64,000 bases of DNA from a virus, in IMG/VR virus record IMGVR_UViG_3300017716_002841, positions 32,001-96,000 of that record, one strand, 5' to 3'. Position 1 is the first letter of the stretch, and the number at the start of each line of letters is the position of its first letter. A model generated the notes under the pieces. It ran no database searches and was not told the origin of the DNA. It was given only the letters and a program-made list of their open reading frames with translations. Below are positions 29,323-39,599 of the stretch, piece after piece. The position numbers and the translations under genes were made by a program.

Positions 29323-30116
29323 TTATCTGATTTTGTTATGTTATATTTTTTTATGATATAATTGTACTTGTCCGAGACATCCTTATACGACTGACCATAT
29401 TCAGTAGTTAATTTATCATTTGGAATTATCAACTTACCACCGTGGGTTATATGAAGGAACACATATTCACTAACGCATTGAAAGTAACCGCATTCTTTAA
29501 CATTACCTGAGAATAGTTTGTATACATTATATTGTTTACAAAAATGCTGTACATCAATTCCCTCAATAGATCTGTATGTCTTATCCTTAAATGTACTTAG
29601 TATTTGTATTAGAGTCTCTCGCTTCCAGATAGATGGATTTACGTTGTATATATAATTATCGGGATCTGTCTGCTTAACAAGATACAATCTACTATTATAG
29701 AGTTTATCTGTAGCCGTGTTACACCATGTTATAGAGTCGTCGGATGATACATCCGCTAAAATACTATCTTTATTAATAGAAACATATTTTAAATCAATAC
29801 GATCCCAATTATATTGCTGAGCTAATTTGTTTATTTTTAATATACAATCTTCGTTTATATTAACAATAATATCTATATCGTGCGTTAACAGTATATAAGT
29901 ATCATCAATTTGCAATAGACAGCTCAATAGTCTCGACGCGTATGTGTCAGCGTCATTGTAGAATATAACCTTATCGTAATGTCTTGTGATATAATTTATA
30001 TCGTGAGTTGATTCGTTAATAAACAATGTATGCTTACCACCATTGCAGATATGATCTGTCTGTATTTCAAGAATATCTAGGTAGTCTGTGTGACTATAGA
30101 CTGTAAAATTTACCAT
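29310..30116 (-). CDS. Putative glycosyltransferase
   Basis: YILLTHDID (DxD), NPSIWKRE, ITHGGK. Confidence 0.55.
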   Translation of the reverse strand: MVNFTVYSHTDYLDILEIQTDHICNGGKHTLFINESTHDINYITRHYDKVIFYNDADTYASRLLSCLLQIDDTYILLTHDIDIIVNINEDCILKINKLAQQYNWDRIDLKYVSINKDSILADVSSDDSITWCNTATDKLYNSRLYLVKQTDPDNYIYNVNPSIWKRETLIQILSTFKDKTYRSIEGIDVQHFCKQYNVYKLFSGNVKECGYFQCVSEYVFLHITHGGKLIIPNDKLTTEYGQSYKDVSDKYNYIIKKYNITKSDKWKI

Positions 30117-31342
30117 ATTTGTATATCCTTAAACTTGTTCATATTAATGCACCACGGTGAGTTTAGCCCACCGTCTATTTTTTTAACATCTTGTTTGAGT
30201 ACTGTAATTGTATCGTACTGAATGCTTTTATTCCAACCTGCAACTGCAGATTTTGTATAAGAAATAGTAACTGTATCACTATCAATATCGATAATTTCAC
30301 CTACAATATTATCTACCGACACTCTCATAAATAATTTAAATTCATCATTACTTTCATGGTAAGTATCATTAAAGGGTATATAATTAACTGGCTTAAAAGA
30401 ATATTCAAACCGTTTATTAACATCAAGAAAACCTGGTGAATTTAAAGATATAAGATTACAGCTATTTTTGGAATATAATACGTTACACAGTCCACCTCCT
30501 ATAGCACCAATAACGTATCGTGCGTTAGCGAATAAAAATATTTTTTCTATTGTAGTGAGAGTCTCGGTAAATACTTCTTGATACTTATTCTTTTGTAGAT
30601 AGTTTATCAATTCATCTTCGTTTACTAACCGTCGTCTCGTTGTGTAATCCGTTCCTATATTGGATAAATTACCATGTAACCAACTCCTTCTCGATACATA
30701 TATATTACTAATAATACCTGGGCTATTATTGTTTTGTAATACTTGCTCTGTAATAGTATTATATAGTTTGTAGACTTCGTATCTAGGTGGTAAGTTAGAA
30801 TTAATACCGTGTGTATAAGAGTCTGAAATATAGAGAGTTTTATAAACAGTATCATCACGAACTACTTTAATGTCGTCTGAATTAATATTGAGTAGCTCAA
30901 GTAATTCATTAACGAAATTATATTGCGTAGTCCTAACACTATTAGGATAATTCATTAACAGTTTTAACCTAGGCTCCGTTTTTCGTAAATGTAAGTATGA
31001 TATTAGATACGGTAGTGTATCATATACAAAATGATAATAGTTGTCTGTATTATACACAAAAAAGAAGCAAGGCTCTTCGTCATATAACGGTATATTTTGA
31101 TCTGTATATTCAATCGTTGATATGGCTTTAATACTCTTTAACGACATTACCTGTTCATTTATAGGTGCATACAGCTCAGTAGTATCTTTAGAATATGCTA
31201 ATATATTAGGGTAATATAAATTAGAACCAGTAAACACCACATAATTAAGAGTATATATATTAACCTCTCTACCATTATCATCCATAGGAAGAAAATTAAC
31301 TTTTACCTCTATAGAGTGTATATCTTTAATATTATATAACAT
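30110..31342 (-). CDS. GT61 (DUF563)-like glycosyltransferase
   Basis: NYYHFVYDTLP, IYVSRR, RRLVNEDEL, VIGAIGGGLCN. Confidence 0.8.
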   Translation of the reverse strand: MLYNIKDIHSIEVKVNFLPMDDNGREVNIYTLNYVVFTGSNLYYPNILAYSKDTTELYAPINEQVMSLKSIKAISTIEYTDQNIPLYDEEPCFFFVYNTDNYYHFVYDTLPYLISYLHLRKTEPRLKLLMNYPNSVRTTQYNFVNELLELLNINSDDIKVVRDDTVYKTLYISDSYTHGINSNLPPRYEVYKLYNTITEQVLQNNNSPGIISNIYVSRRSWLHGNLSNIGTDYTTRRRLVNEDELINYLQKNKYQEVFTETLTTIEKIFLFANARYVIGAIGGGLCNVLYSKNSCNLISLNSPGFLDVNKRFEYSFKPVNYIPFNDTYHESNDEFKLFMRVSVDNIVGEIIDIDSDTVTISYTKSAVAGWNKSIQYDTITVLKQDVKKIDGGLNSPWCINMNKFKDIQIW

Positions 31343-31343
31343 A

Positions 31344-32138
31344 TTACACCCACCCTTGATCAGGGTGCATTAGGTATTGATGAACATTAACTGCGTTACC
31401 TCTTAAGAGAGCAGCCCATATACCACAGTTACCCGAATGTGTAACGAGGTGATTACATTTAGATACAATGCTTGTTGAGCTTAAAATTCTCTGAGCAAAC
31501 TTATGTCTTTGATCAGAACTTATTATATGCTGTAATGCTATATTCTTGTTACTTTTTATACAAGGCATTTCTTCAAAGAAAAACGAACATTCAAAATTTC
31601 GTTGAAATTCATTTCTAAATTCTACTTCATCAGTTTGAATAAGAAATCTAATTTGGTTATTCTTATCGTAAATTTGCTGACACTTATTAAAGAATTCCGT
31701 ATAGGATGCGATTCCTGTTTCGGTTGATTTATCGTTACCACGATAAAAGACTGAAACCGTATTATCGTATTCTATATTGTATTTTTCTTCTAATTTTTTA
31801 TTGTACTTTTCAATAACGTCACTCAGGCTAAAATACTTATAGATAAATGGTGTTATATTTTTAAAATCGAGTTGATTGTATGCTGTAAATTGGTGGTTGT
31901 GATGATAATCAATCTCTTTAACATACTCAATATTATTGGATTGCGTACATTTAAATAATAATGAATTTAAATCTTCGTTAGGATCATAAGGATTAATTTT
32001 ATACGAGGCAAATTGAAAGCTTGAATTTATTGACGACGGTAGACGTTTTTGTATATTAAAAAAATTTATAATATCGTATAATCTAACCGAGCAGCATGAA
32101 AAAAAGCCAGAGTTATGTGTTATGGTTAGCTCACTCAT
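31344..32138 (-). CDS. NodZ/GT23-like fucosyltransferase-family protein
   Basis: SGFFSC, VFYRGNDK, IQTDE, LVTHSGN. Confidence 0.65.
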   Translation of the reverse strand: MSELTITHNSGFFSCCSVRLYDIINFFNIQKRLPSSINSSFQFASYKINPYDPNEDLNSLLFKCTQSNNIEYVKEIDYHHNHQFTAYNQLDFKNITPFIYKYFSLSDVIEKYNKKLEEKYNIEYDNTVSVFYRGNDKSTETGIASYTEFFNKCQQIYDKNNQIRFLIQTDEVEFRNEFQRNFECSFFFEEMPCIKSNKNIALQHIISSDQRHKFAQRILSSTSIVSKCNHLVTHSGNCGIWAALLRGNAVNVHQYLMHPDQGWV

Positions 32139-32139
32139 A

Positions 32140-32709
32140 TTAAACTCCCTGTTGACCACCCGGGCTTATATTAATAAACACCTTTACATTTTTATTTACA
32201 GAGCAAGCCACTGTTGGTTGTAACATCGCACATTTTATATCTTTTCGTGTACGTAACGTTTCGATTAGCAAGTGATGATCACCTCCTTTATATGTTCCGT
32301 TTTTAGCTTCTTGCTGTTTTTCATTACATTTTATCATCCAGTCGTTGACGAATGAGATTACTTCATCACTATATTTAAAAAATATTAACGCACTATGAGG
32401 AGTTTTCATGTCATGTATTCTCGTTACAGCTGCCATATCGTAATTAATATTATCCATTTCTATAGGTAAATCATTAACTACACAGTCTGCATCTATCCAT
32501 ATAATATTACGCTTTTGAGTTTTAAGTGTTTCAAGAATAATTGACGGTTTAAGTAGACAGTTATCGTTGTATGTACCGTTAAGCTTTGGTGCATGTATTA
32601 ATATCTGACCCCCTAGTTTTTCAATTGTATGTTTAAGAGCTTCCGCAGATTTTTTATAATACAATGTATCATTATAATCATAATAAAATGTAGTGAATAG
32701 TGTTTTCAT
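32140..32709 (-). CDS. Nucleotide-diphospho-sugar transferase
   Basis: LKPSIIL, IIWIDAD, GDH. Confidence 0.7.
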   Translation of the reverse strand: MKTLFTTFYYDYNDTLYYKKSAEALKHTIEKLGGQILIHAPKLNGTYNDNCLLKPSIILETLKTQKRNIIWIDADCVVNDLPIEMDNINYDMAAVTRIHDMKTPHSALIFFKYSDEVISFVNDWMIKCNEKQQEAKNGTYKGGDHHLLIETLRTRKDIKCAMLQPTVACSVNKNVKVFINISPGGQQGV

Positions 32710-33557
32710 AATGCATTAATGTAGTCGAATAAGTAATCATCAGACAGCTTTAATGTCTTTAAGGTTTCAAGATTATTTTGTACAGCTTGTAATTTCATAT
32801 TATATAATTCTGGTGTTAAGCTGTTAATAATTTCTTCCTCCTTACCAGGTTCAAGCACAATTATACCATTAGGATCAAATATTTCAAGAACTTTTGCTGC
32901 ACCTCTATAAACAGGCACTGCGCCTGCCGCTATAGTATCAGTAAATTTCTCTGTAAAATAATTTTCTGTAACACCGTTTTCAACTACTATATGAAACATA
33001 TAATCCCGTATACCATCGATTTTAGTATCCCATAAAGATAAATGAGATTGTGGTGTTGATACTATACCTCCATACACATCTACATTTTTTGTCATTGCAT
33101 ATCTCGCTACTTTATGTCTATATGCATGCTCTTCTGTTATAATTTTATGAGAACAAAACATAGAACATAATTTTGTCTTTGGATAAACATTCCACAACTC
33201 TTTTTTAATCCATGGGTAGTTACTACCCGTATAAGCATATACAAAATTACTATTTAAATTTAATAATTCTTGTTCGCATGTAAAAATTTTATAAAAATAT
33301 TTGTCAAATAAAATCTCATGATTTTTAATTAACCAATTATATACATCAGGAATTATGAATATAGATTCACACACCCAACCGAATCGCTTTTTTTTATCTA
33401 TACTTAGATCTGGAGTTTGTGCTTTCATACCATGATCAATATAGATGTTGTAATCACCATGCCATGGAGACCATCTAAAATCTTTTGGTAGTAGATTAGA
33501 ACACGAAGAGTGTTCATAATTAAACGGCATTCCTATTCCTTTTAAAGTTGTACTCAT
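32706..33557 (-). CDS. GT10-like (alpha-1,3-fucosyltransferase family) glycosyltransferase
   Basis: YMFHIVVENG..NYFTEKF..GAVPVYRG. Confidence 0.8.
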   Translation of the reverse strand: MSTTLKGIGMPFNYEHSSCSNLLPKDFRWSPWHGDYNIYIDHGMKAQTPDLSIDKKKRFGWVCESIFIIPDVYNWLIKNHEILFDKYFYKIFTCEQELLNLNSNFVYAYTGSNYPWIKKELWNVYPKTKLCSMFCSHKIITEEHAYRHKVARYAMTKNVDVYGGIVSTPQSHLSLWDTKIDGIRDYMFHIVVENGVTENYFTEKFTDTIAAGAVPVYRGAAKVLEIFDPNGIIVLEPGKEEEIINSLTPELYNMKLQAVQNNLETLKTLKLSDDYLFDYINAL

Positions 33558-33559
33558 AT

Positions 33560-34363
33560 TTATCTCCAGGCTTTTATATATTCTAACGTCTGTTCTAAGC
33601 TAAATCTTGTTATTTTTAAATACTCTTGCTCATTAAGTTTATATGATGCATGTGTATCTTCTCTATTCTTATTTTCATCGCTAATGTGTGGTAGGTGAAG
33701 CAAAAACGGTTTAATTGTATTAATCGAGTATATAGGTATTTTTAATTTTCTTGCACGTACTATTATCTCATTATCTTCATAACCCCAACCTTTAAAGTTT
33801 GGGTTAAACCCTCCTATATCAATAAACGTTTGTCTCTTACCGAATAATACACCACCTACAGCTTTAGTATTAGCAACGTGATAGTGTTCATTGGTATATC
33901 CAGTTTGTATATTTGCTGTGTCTATAAATGACACTAAGAAATCATATAAAGACTCTGTAATATCAATTATCTTATCCTTAACTGTATAATTAAAGTATAT
34001 AGCGATACCATTATAACCTATACATATACCGCCTGTATCTTCTAGTGTATTAATAGTCTTCTCAATATTTTGCTTACTTACGATGCAGTCAATATCAAGA
34101 AAACAAACAATATCTGTTGTACAACCCCTTAACCCGATGTTATATCCCTTACATTTGTTATGTTGACCTTCATTATAAAAATAAATATATTGAATCCTTT
34201 TATCGTCTTTCAAGTATTCAAAATTTTGTATTTTATCGTCTTCAATAACTATAAATTTACAAGTAGGTAGTATATTTTTATAGTATGCAATAACTATATC
34301 TACATTTTTAGCACGTTCTTCAGTATCTTTACGTAGATGTATAATAAAAGTTATATCACTCAT
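33560..34363 (-). CDS. GT2/GT7C glycosyltransferase
   Basis: FLDID, GGFNPNFKGWGYEDNE, LLHLPH. Confidence 0.85.
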   Translation of the reverse strand: MSDITFIIHLRKDTEERAKNVDIVIAYYKNILPTCKFIVIEDDKIQNFEYLKDDKRIQYIYFYNEGQHNKCKGYNIGLRGCTTDIVCFLDIDCIVSKQNIEKTINTLEDTGGICIGYNGIAIYFNYTVKDKIIDITESLYDFLVSFIDTANIQTGYTNEHYHVANTKAVGGVLFGKRQTFIDIGGFNPNFKGWGYEDNEIIVRARKLKIPIYSINTIKPFLLHLPHISDENKNREDTHASYKLNEQEYLKITRFSLEQTLEYIKAWR

Positions 34364-35105
34364 ATATAAATTTATCTGAGATTTTAACACCCTCGTATTG
34401 CTGTTTTATGTTTTGAAAAGCTTGGTGTTTTTGTTCATAAGCACTTACATAGGCAGGGTTGTTGTGTGTACCGCCAAAGTCAATACCTGTATCTTCTTTA
34501 GTACCATCAAATTTATTTTTATACCAACTCATACCCTCTAAGTGTATATAGTAACTAGTTGAAAGATCTACATTACCAATTTTAAGGTTATGCTTCTTAA
34601 TATCTTCTAAAAATGTAGATCCAATATCATATATCTTATAAGTCTTAAAACTGTCTTTCATTCTTTCTTCGTCAAAGAAAGTAATATTATGTTGTTTAAT
34701 TTTATCTACATTAATAAAACAATGCCACGGGTTGACTCTATTATAGATAGACTTACCTCCTCGATCACCTTCCACTTTACCCATAATAGCTAAATTCATA
34801 TCCTTAAATTGCTTAAAGATAGAGCTATGATCTTGCATGAAAATAACATCTGTATCAACAAGTAAAGCATATTTAGTTTTACATAACTTTAAAGCCTCAT
34901 TAACACCATCACCATGACTCAAACCTGGATGTGAGATATAGGGAACTTTGTGATCTCTCAGTAAATTTGTTGTATCATTATTTGTTGAATTGTCGACAAT
35001 AATAAGTCGCTGCGTTCTATTATGTACATGCATCCACGACTTTAACATTGTTAGTGTTATATCAGGTGTATTATAAGAGCATGTAATTAATGTTAAATCA
35101 TCCAT
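34356..35105 (-). CDS. GT2 glycosyltransferase
   Basis: CSYNT, IIVDNS, HGDGVN, LLVDTDV. Confidence 0.8.
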   Translation of the reverse strand: MDDLTLITCSYNTPDITLTMLKSWMHVHNRTQRLIIVDNSTNNDTTNLLRDHKVPYISHPGLSHGDGVNEALKLCKTKYALLVDTDVIFMQDHSSIFKQFKDMNLAIMGKVEGDRGGKSIYNRVNPWHCFINVDKIKQHNITFFDEERMKDSFKTYKIYDIGSTFLEDIKKHNLKIGNVDLSTSYYIHLEGMSWYKNKFDGTKEDTGIDFGGTHNNPAYVSAYEQKHQAFQNIKQQYEGVKISDKFIYE

Positions 35106-35938
35106 TTGGATTTTATATCTTTGAGATTATTGATAACACCTTCTTTACTAATATGTGGACACATATTAGGATAAAAGCCGTGTATATTACGGTATACTTC
35201 TCTACCTACATTTATATTTTTAATCCATTCCTCTTTATTAGTAGATGTCGTACTCCTATCAATAGAGTCTGATGGTATACTCAAATATCTCACACTATCG
35301 TGTATATCTGCAAACCACCAAAACGGTGGGTGTCCGTTAGCTTTTATAATTCTAAATGTATGGTCAACATGCTCCCATGCATTATGAAATTTTTCGTCGT
35401 GTAACCCTACGCTTTGCAATATTTCTTTTGTAAAAAAGCTGAATACACCAGCTACATGTTCATATAAATCAATCTTAACATTATTTTTATATTCAATAGT
35501 AATTTTTGGATTAGGTTTAGATTCATTATCTAGCAGATGTCTGTTATGTAGATCGTAATTACTGATAGTTTGACGTCTATTAAACGGTGTACCGGGTCCA
35601 AAATTAAAGTGTTGTATGCCTGTCTCCTTACTTGCTTGTATATATCGATCAAAAATTAACTTATTAAGTATGATTGTATCATCTTCAATAATAAAGATAT
35701 AATCACATCCTTTATCTAAGAGATGTTGCATAGCTTTATTTTTTGATTTACCAACACCTAAATTAGTATCATTTCTGATATAAGTACACGGATACGGAAA
35801 ATTAGGACCAGATATATTTTTACCATCATTAATAATAACAAGTTCATCAAAAGTACATATCTTGATACTGTTTAGTAAATTATGTAAGTATGTAGGTCTA
35901 TCACATGTAATGATACCAACACCAATCTTTTGTTTCAT
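35093..35938 (-). CDS. GT2 glycosyltransferase
   Basis: IITCDR, IINDG, NLGVGKSKN, IIEDD, GLHDE..WEHVD. Confidence 0.85.
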   Translation of the reverse strand: MKQKIGVGIITCDRPTYLHNLLNSIKICTFDELVIINDGKNISGPNFPYPCTYIRNDTNLGVGKSKNKAMQHLLDKGCDYIFIIEDDTIILNKLIFDRYIQASKETGIQHFNFGPGTPFNRRQTISNYDLHNRHLLDNESKPNPKITIEYKNNVKIDLYEHVAGVFSFFTKEILQSVGLHDEKFHNAWEHVDHTFRIIKANGHPPFWWFADIHDSVRYLSIPSDSIDRSTTSTNKEEWIKNINVGREVYRNIHGFYPNMCPHISKEGVINNLKDIKSKWMI

Positions 35939-35959
35939 ATATTCTATATAAGTTATTCC

Positions 35960-36721
35960 TTAAATTTTAAAATCAACTCTAGAATTTTTATTTCCTAAGC
36001 TATATTTTTCAAAAAGAGCTTTTTCTGCCTGTTCTTGTTCAAGAGCTGCTTTCTGCTGACTTACTAATGCTTCAAGCTCGTCGAGTTTGGAGGGATTAAA
36101 GATAGAATGTTCATCTCCAAAGATTTCACCGCTTGTATCAATATAATCAGATATTGTATCAATTCGTTGCTGTGGAGATGTAGGTAAAACAATTATACCA
36201 GGTGAATCGTCTTTTGGAAAAAATATATCAGCATCGTAGTTTTGTTCGTATTGATCCTTTAATGCGAAGAAAATATTATCAATTTCCTTAATATAATTAA
36301 CATCTGTATCACGTGTTCCATCGTGTTCTATCTTAATAGAGTCATCATACTTAAGAAGGAAAATAATATCTAAATGCCTCATAGATTCCTTTGTAAGAGT
36401 AATACATTTCTCTACAAATTCTTTATCGAAACCATCTGACCCTTTTTCATGAGCCCAGAGTGTATACACAAGATTATCAAGAGGGCATCTATCAAAAATT
36501 ACTTTAGATGTTTTATCATAGGATTGAAGTTGATCGATCATATGATTTAAAATTGCCCATTGAGTATCTGAAGTTGTAGCAGATGAATGAGCTAGATCTT
36601 TTTCTTTAATAATGTCTCTATAAGTCTTTTCAGGTGTGGAGTATTGATTCCACACTGCTAAGAAGTTCTTAATGAGGGTTGTTTTACCAGTGTTTGCTGT
36701 TCCGCTAAATGCAATGCGCAT
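35960..36721 (-). CDS. P-loop nucleotide kinase-like protein (AAA_28/NadR-Ttd14 type)
   Basis: RIAFSGTANTGKTT, FDRCPLDNLVY, DGTRD. Confidence 0.75.
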   Translation of the reverse strand: MRIAFSGTANTGKTTLIKNFLAVWNQYSTPEKTYRDIIKEKDLAHSSATTSDTQWAILNHMIDQLQSYDKTSKVIFDRCPLDNLVYTLWAHEKGSDGFDKEFVEKCITLTKESMRHLDIIFLLKYDDSIKIEHDGTRDTDVNYIKEIDNIFFALKDQYEQNYDADIFFPKDDSPGIIVLPTSPQQRIDTISDYIDTSGEIFGDEHSIFNPSKLDELEALVSQQKAALEQEQAEKALFEKYSLGNKNSRVDFKI

Positions 36722-36739
36722 ATAAATATATAATCCGTG

Positions 36740-37342
36740 TTAAAAGTTTTTCAAGAAAGAAGCCCACTCATCCTTATAAAGATCTAAAGACATTCCATTA
36801 TTTGGCTTACAAGGTCTATATCTTAATTTTAAACCTACTTGCTCTGGTGTAAAAGAAGCCTTTTTAGAGTTAAGAAGTCTATCGCAGCATACCATGTTTT
36901 CCCATGTATCCTTACCACCTCTACTCTTAGGTATAATATGATCTACACTAATATTATCTTTAGATAATTTGACACCTGTATATACACACGTATAATTATC
37001 ACGTTTAAGAATATTTTGTTTAGTAGGAAATTGTATTTTGTTGTGTATAACCTTATCAAATCGAGAACATATAACAACCGATGGTATACGAATAGGTCCT
37101 CTCGCTGTTTGAATGTATTCATCAAACGGTCTGATAGGTAATTCTAACCATTCTTTAACATTAGATACAGGTACAAAATACTCGATATTTTCTAAATTAA
37201 CAGTATTTTCATCTGTCATTTCATAGCTAATATTTAAAGGTACAACAGATCCGGAAAATATATTACCAAATGTTTTTTCAATACCTTCAACTGCTAACGG
37301 AAAATAAAACTTATTAAGTATAAGAACTTTATATAATTTCAT
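36740..37342 (-). CDS. HNH endonuclease (McrA-like)
   Basis: NILKRDNYTCVYTG, SVDHIIPKSRGG, TWENMVCC..NSKK. Confidence 0.88.
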   Translation of the reverse strand: MKLYKVLILNKFYFPLAVEGIEKTFGNIFSGSVVPLNISYEMTDENTVNLENIEYFVPVSNVKEWLELPIRPFDEYIQTARGPIRIPSVVICSRFDKVIHNKIQFPTKQNILKRDNYTCVYTGVKLSKDNISVDHIIPKSRGGKDTWENMVCCDRLLNSKKASFTPEQVGLKLRYRPCKPNNGMSLDLYKDEWASFLKNF

Positions 37343-38103
37343 TAAACAGATAACGCTTTATCCCACACCAGTAGATGAAGTCTTGGACTAAAGTTAACAC
37401 GTAATGCTTTAGCATATTCAACAACAGCCGGCGCTCTCTCGATATGTTCGTTACGTGAACCACAACACGGCATAAACCAAATACGCTTTAGAGGTACATT
37501 AATTCCATTACTATCTAAAACATATTTACACCAGATTTCATCTATATCTTCTGAGCACGTAATGACAAATTTAAATCCCGAACCATTCTCCTTATGCCAT
37601 TTTAAAACTTCAGGTTTATATGTTTTTTCTTCCGGATCGCCGTTTGTGGTTAGCTTAGGAGAGGTAGTAAACGTAGCTTTAAATTCTGTTACCCATCTAG
37701 AATCAGGCATAATAGTTGCATTTGTTTCAAAATCTATTTGCGGTAAAAACTCATATTTTAACACAAAAGCCTCGATAAACTTAATAAGTTGCTTACCTGA
37801 TACAAGAGGTTCGCCGCCTGTAAGCTTAAAAATTGCACCATCTTTAAGATGATTAATGTGATTACCTGTTTCAAGTAGTTCAAAAATTTCGTTAAAAGTC
37901 ATTTTATTTTTGACTGACCAAGAGATATAAGAGTCGCAACCGTTAGGTGAATCCTCTGAAATAAATGCCGCGCAAGTTAAATTACAGCTAGCAAGTCTCA
38001 TGAAAACAGAAGGCTTTCCTACATATTCTCCTTCTCCTTCAATAGTAAAAAATACAAAATCATTCGACAAAAACATTGTTTCTTTATCACAATCGATACT
38101 CAT
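37342..38103 (-). CDS. queE: 7-carboxy-7-deazaguanine synthase (radical SAM)
   Basis: TIEGEG..GKPSVFMRL, CNLTC-x11-CDS, TGGEP, ETN, SPK, RLH. Confidence 0.9.
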   Translation of the reverse strand: MSIDCDKETMFLSNDFVFFTIEGEGEYVGKPSVFMRLASCNLTCAAFISEDSPNGCDSYISWSVKNKMTFNEIFELLETGNHINHLKDGAIFKLTGGEPLVSGKQLIKFIEAFVLKYEFLPQIDFETNATIMPDSRWVTEFKATFTTSPKLTTNGDPEEKTYKPEVLKWHKENGSGFKFVITCSEDIDEIWCKYVLDSNGINVPLKRIWFMPCCGSRNEHIERAPAVVEYAKALRVNFSPRLHLLVWDKALSV

Positions 38104-38165
38104 AATTAAATTAATTATAAAATAAGACATATCTTAATCAAGCATTTTGATTAAATATTTTTAAC

Positions 38166-38915
38166 ATGACCCGTAAAGTGGCGCGTAAGCGCAAGTCTGC
38201 TGGTTTGGAGGAAGTTTCAGAAATTGAAGCTTCTTTTCAAAAAAACTGGATACTTGATTTTAAAATCAAGAAACCTTTCCACTTCAACGCTAACCATCAA
38301 CAATTTTTTAATTGTATAAAAGATGATAGCACTAATATGGCTTTTGTTGCTGGTCCGGCAGGTTCAGCTAAGTCTTATATTGCCATATTAGCAGGTCTCG
38401 AGCTGCTTAAGGAGAAGAAAATAACAAGTATTATATACATTAGGTCTGTTATTGAATCGGCATCACGTAGCATTGGAGCTCTACCGGGAGAGATAGATGA
38501 TAAGTTCTCTCCATACGCAATGCCTCTTATCGAAAAAATAACAGAGATTACAGATACAAGTACATGTAATTCGCTTAAAACGAATAATATTATTCAAGCT
38601 ATACCAGTTAATTTTGTAAGAGGTCTTACATTTAACGATTCACTTGTTATAGTAGATGAAGCTCAAAATTTACAAAAGTCGGAGCTTGTAACTATACTTA
38701 CACGATTCGGTAAAAATACTAAGTATGTTATTTGCGGCGACTTAAATCAAAGTGATATTGGTAAGCTTTCTGGTTTTAAAGAAGTATATGATCGATTTGA
38801 TACTAGCGAATGCGTGGATCATAAAATCCACGCATTCGAATTTGGAGAATCTGAAATCGTTAGAAGTAAGATTCTTAAGTTTATCGTTAAAATACTAGAA
38901 GCCAAACAGCATTAA
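38166..38915 (+). CDS. phoH: PhoH-family ATPase
   Basis: GPAGSAKS, LPG, RGLTF, IVDEAQN, TRFG, GDLNQSD, IVRS. Confidence 0.93.
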   Translation: MTRKVARKRKSAGLEEVSEIEASFQKNWILDFKIKKPFHFNANHQQFFNCIKDDSTNMAFVAGPAGSAKSYIAILAGLELLKEKKITSIIYIRSVIESASRSIGALPGEIDDKFSPYAMPLIEKITEITDTSTCNSLKTNNIIQAIPVNFVRGLTFNDSLVIVDEAQNLQKSELVTILTRFGKNTKYVICGDLNQSDIGKLSGFKEVYDRFDTSECVDHKIHAFEFGESEIVRSKILKFIVKILEAKQH

Positions 38916-39580
38916 GCACCCCACGATGTCCCTGCGAACGGATTACTCATACCGTTTGATACCTGACCGTTACCTACACGAGCACCTCGATCTATTTGCT
39001 GAGGCGCCTGTTGAATGTTAATAGGTTCTGTATGTGTAAACTCCGATGTAGACACCGATGGTTGAGCTTTTACTTCTGTATTAAAACTATAAGTTGTGAC
39101 AGTAGGTAAATCTTCAGCTATTTCCGTTACATTATTAATAGAATAAGTCGCAGAATTTTCTTCATGTTCAAATACTTCAACTTTATCTACCCAGCATCTA
39201 TTTTTTGTCAACTCACGAACATGTCTATCAGCTATATTAAATACATTTTCAGCTGCCCGTTCAATACCTACGCCTTCTTTCATAATGTAAAGTTGAATAA
39301 TACCTCTATCATGTAGATGTTTAAAAGTCTCTAGCTCTGGATCATCAGCAGCAACTGTAGTAGTATGATCATAAATACTTTTTAGTTCTGCTTTAAGCTC
39401 TTTTAAACTTCCAAAATCTACACACCAGTTTTTATCATCGAGAGATGAACCACTAAACCATATCTTAGCTTTAAGCTGATAACCGTGTAGAAAACGACAA
39501 TGTGAATGTGAAGCGCGCCATTGTCTGAACGCACAGGAGCCAAGCTCGATTACTTTTGTTGACTGAAAAACAGGTTTCAT
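38912..39580 (-). CDS. queD: 6-carboxy-5,6,7,8-tetrahydropterin synthase with C-terminal extension
   Basis: AFRQWRA.HSHC..LHGY, VDFG.LK, DHT, FEHEENSA. Confidence 0.9.
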   Translation of the reverse strand: MKPVFQSTKVIELGSCAFRQWRASHSHCRFLHGYQLKAKIWFSGSSLDDKNWCVDFGSLKELKAELKSIYDHTTTVAADDPELETFKHLHDRGIIQLYIMKEGVGIERAAENVFNIADRHVRELTKNRCWVDKVEVFEHEENSATYSINNVTEIAEDLPTVTTYSFNTEVKAQPSVSTSEFTHTEPINIQQAPQQIDRGARVGNGQVSNGMSNPFAGTSWGA

Positions 39581-39599
39581 ATCAACAGTATAAATACAA

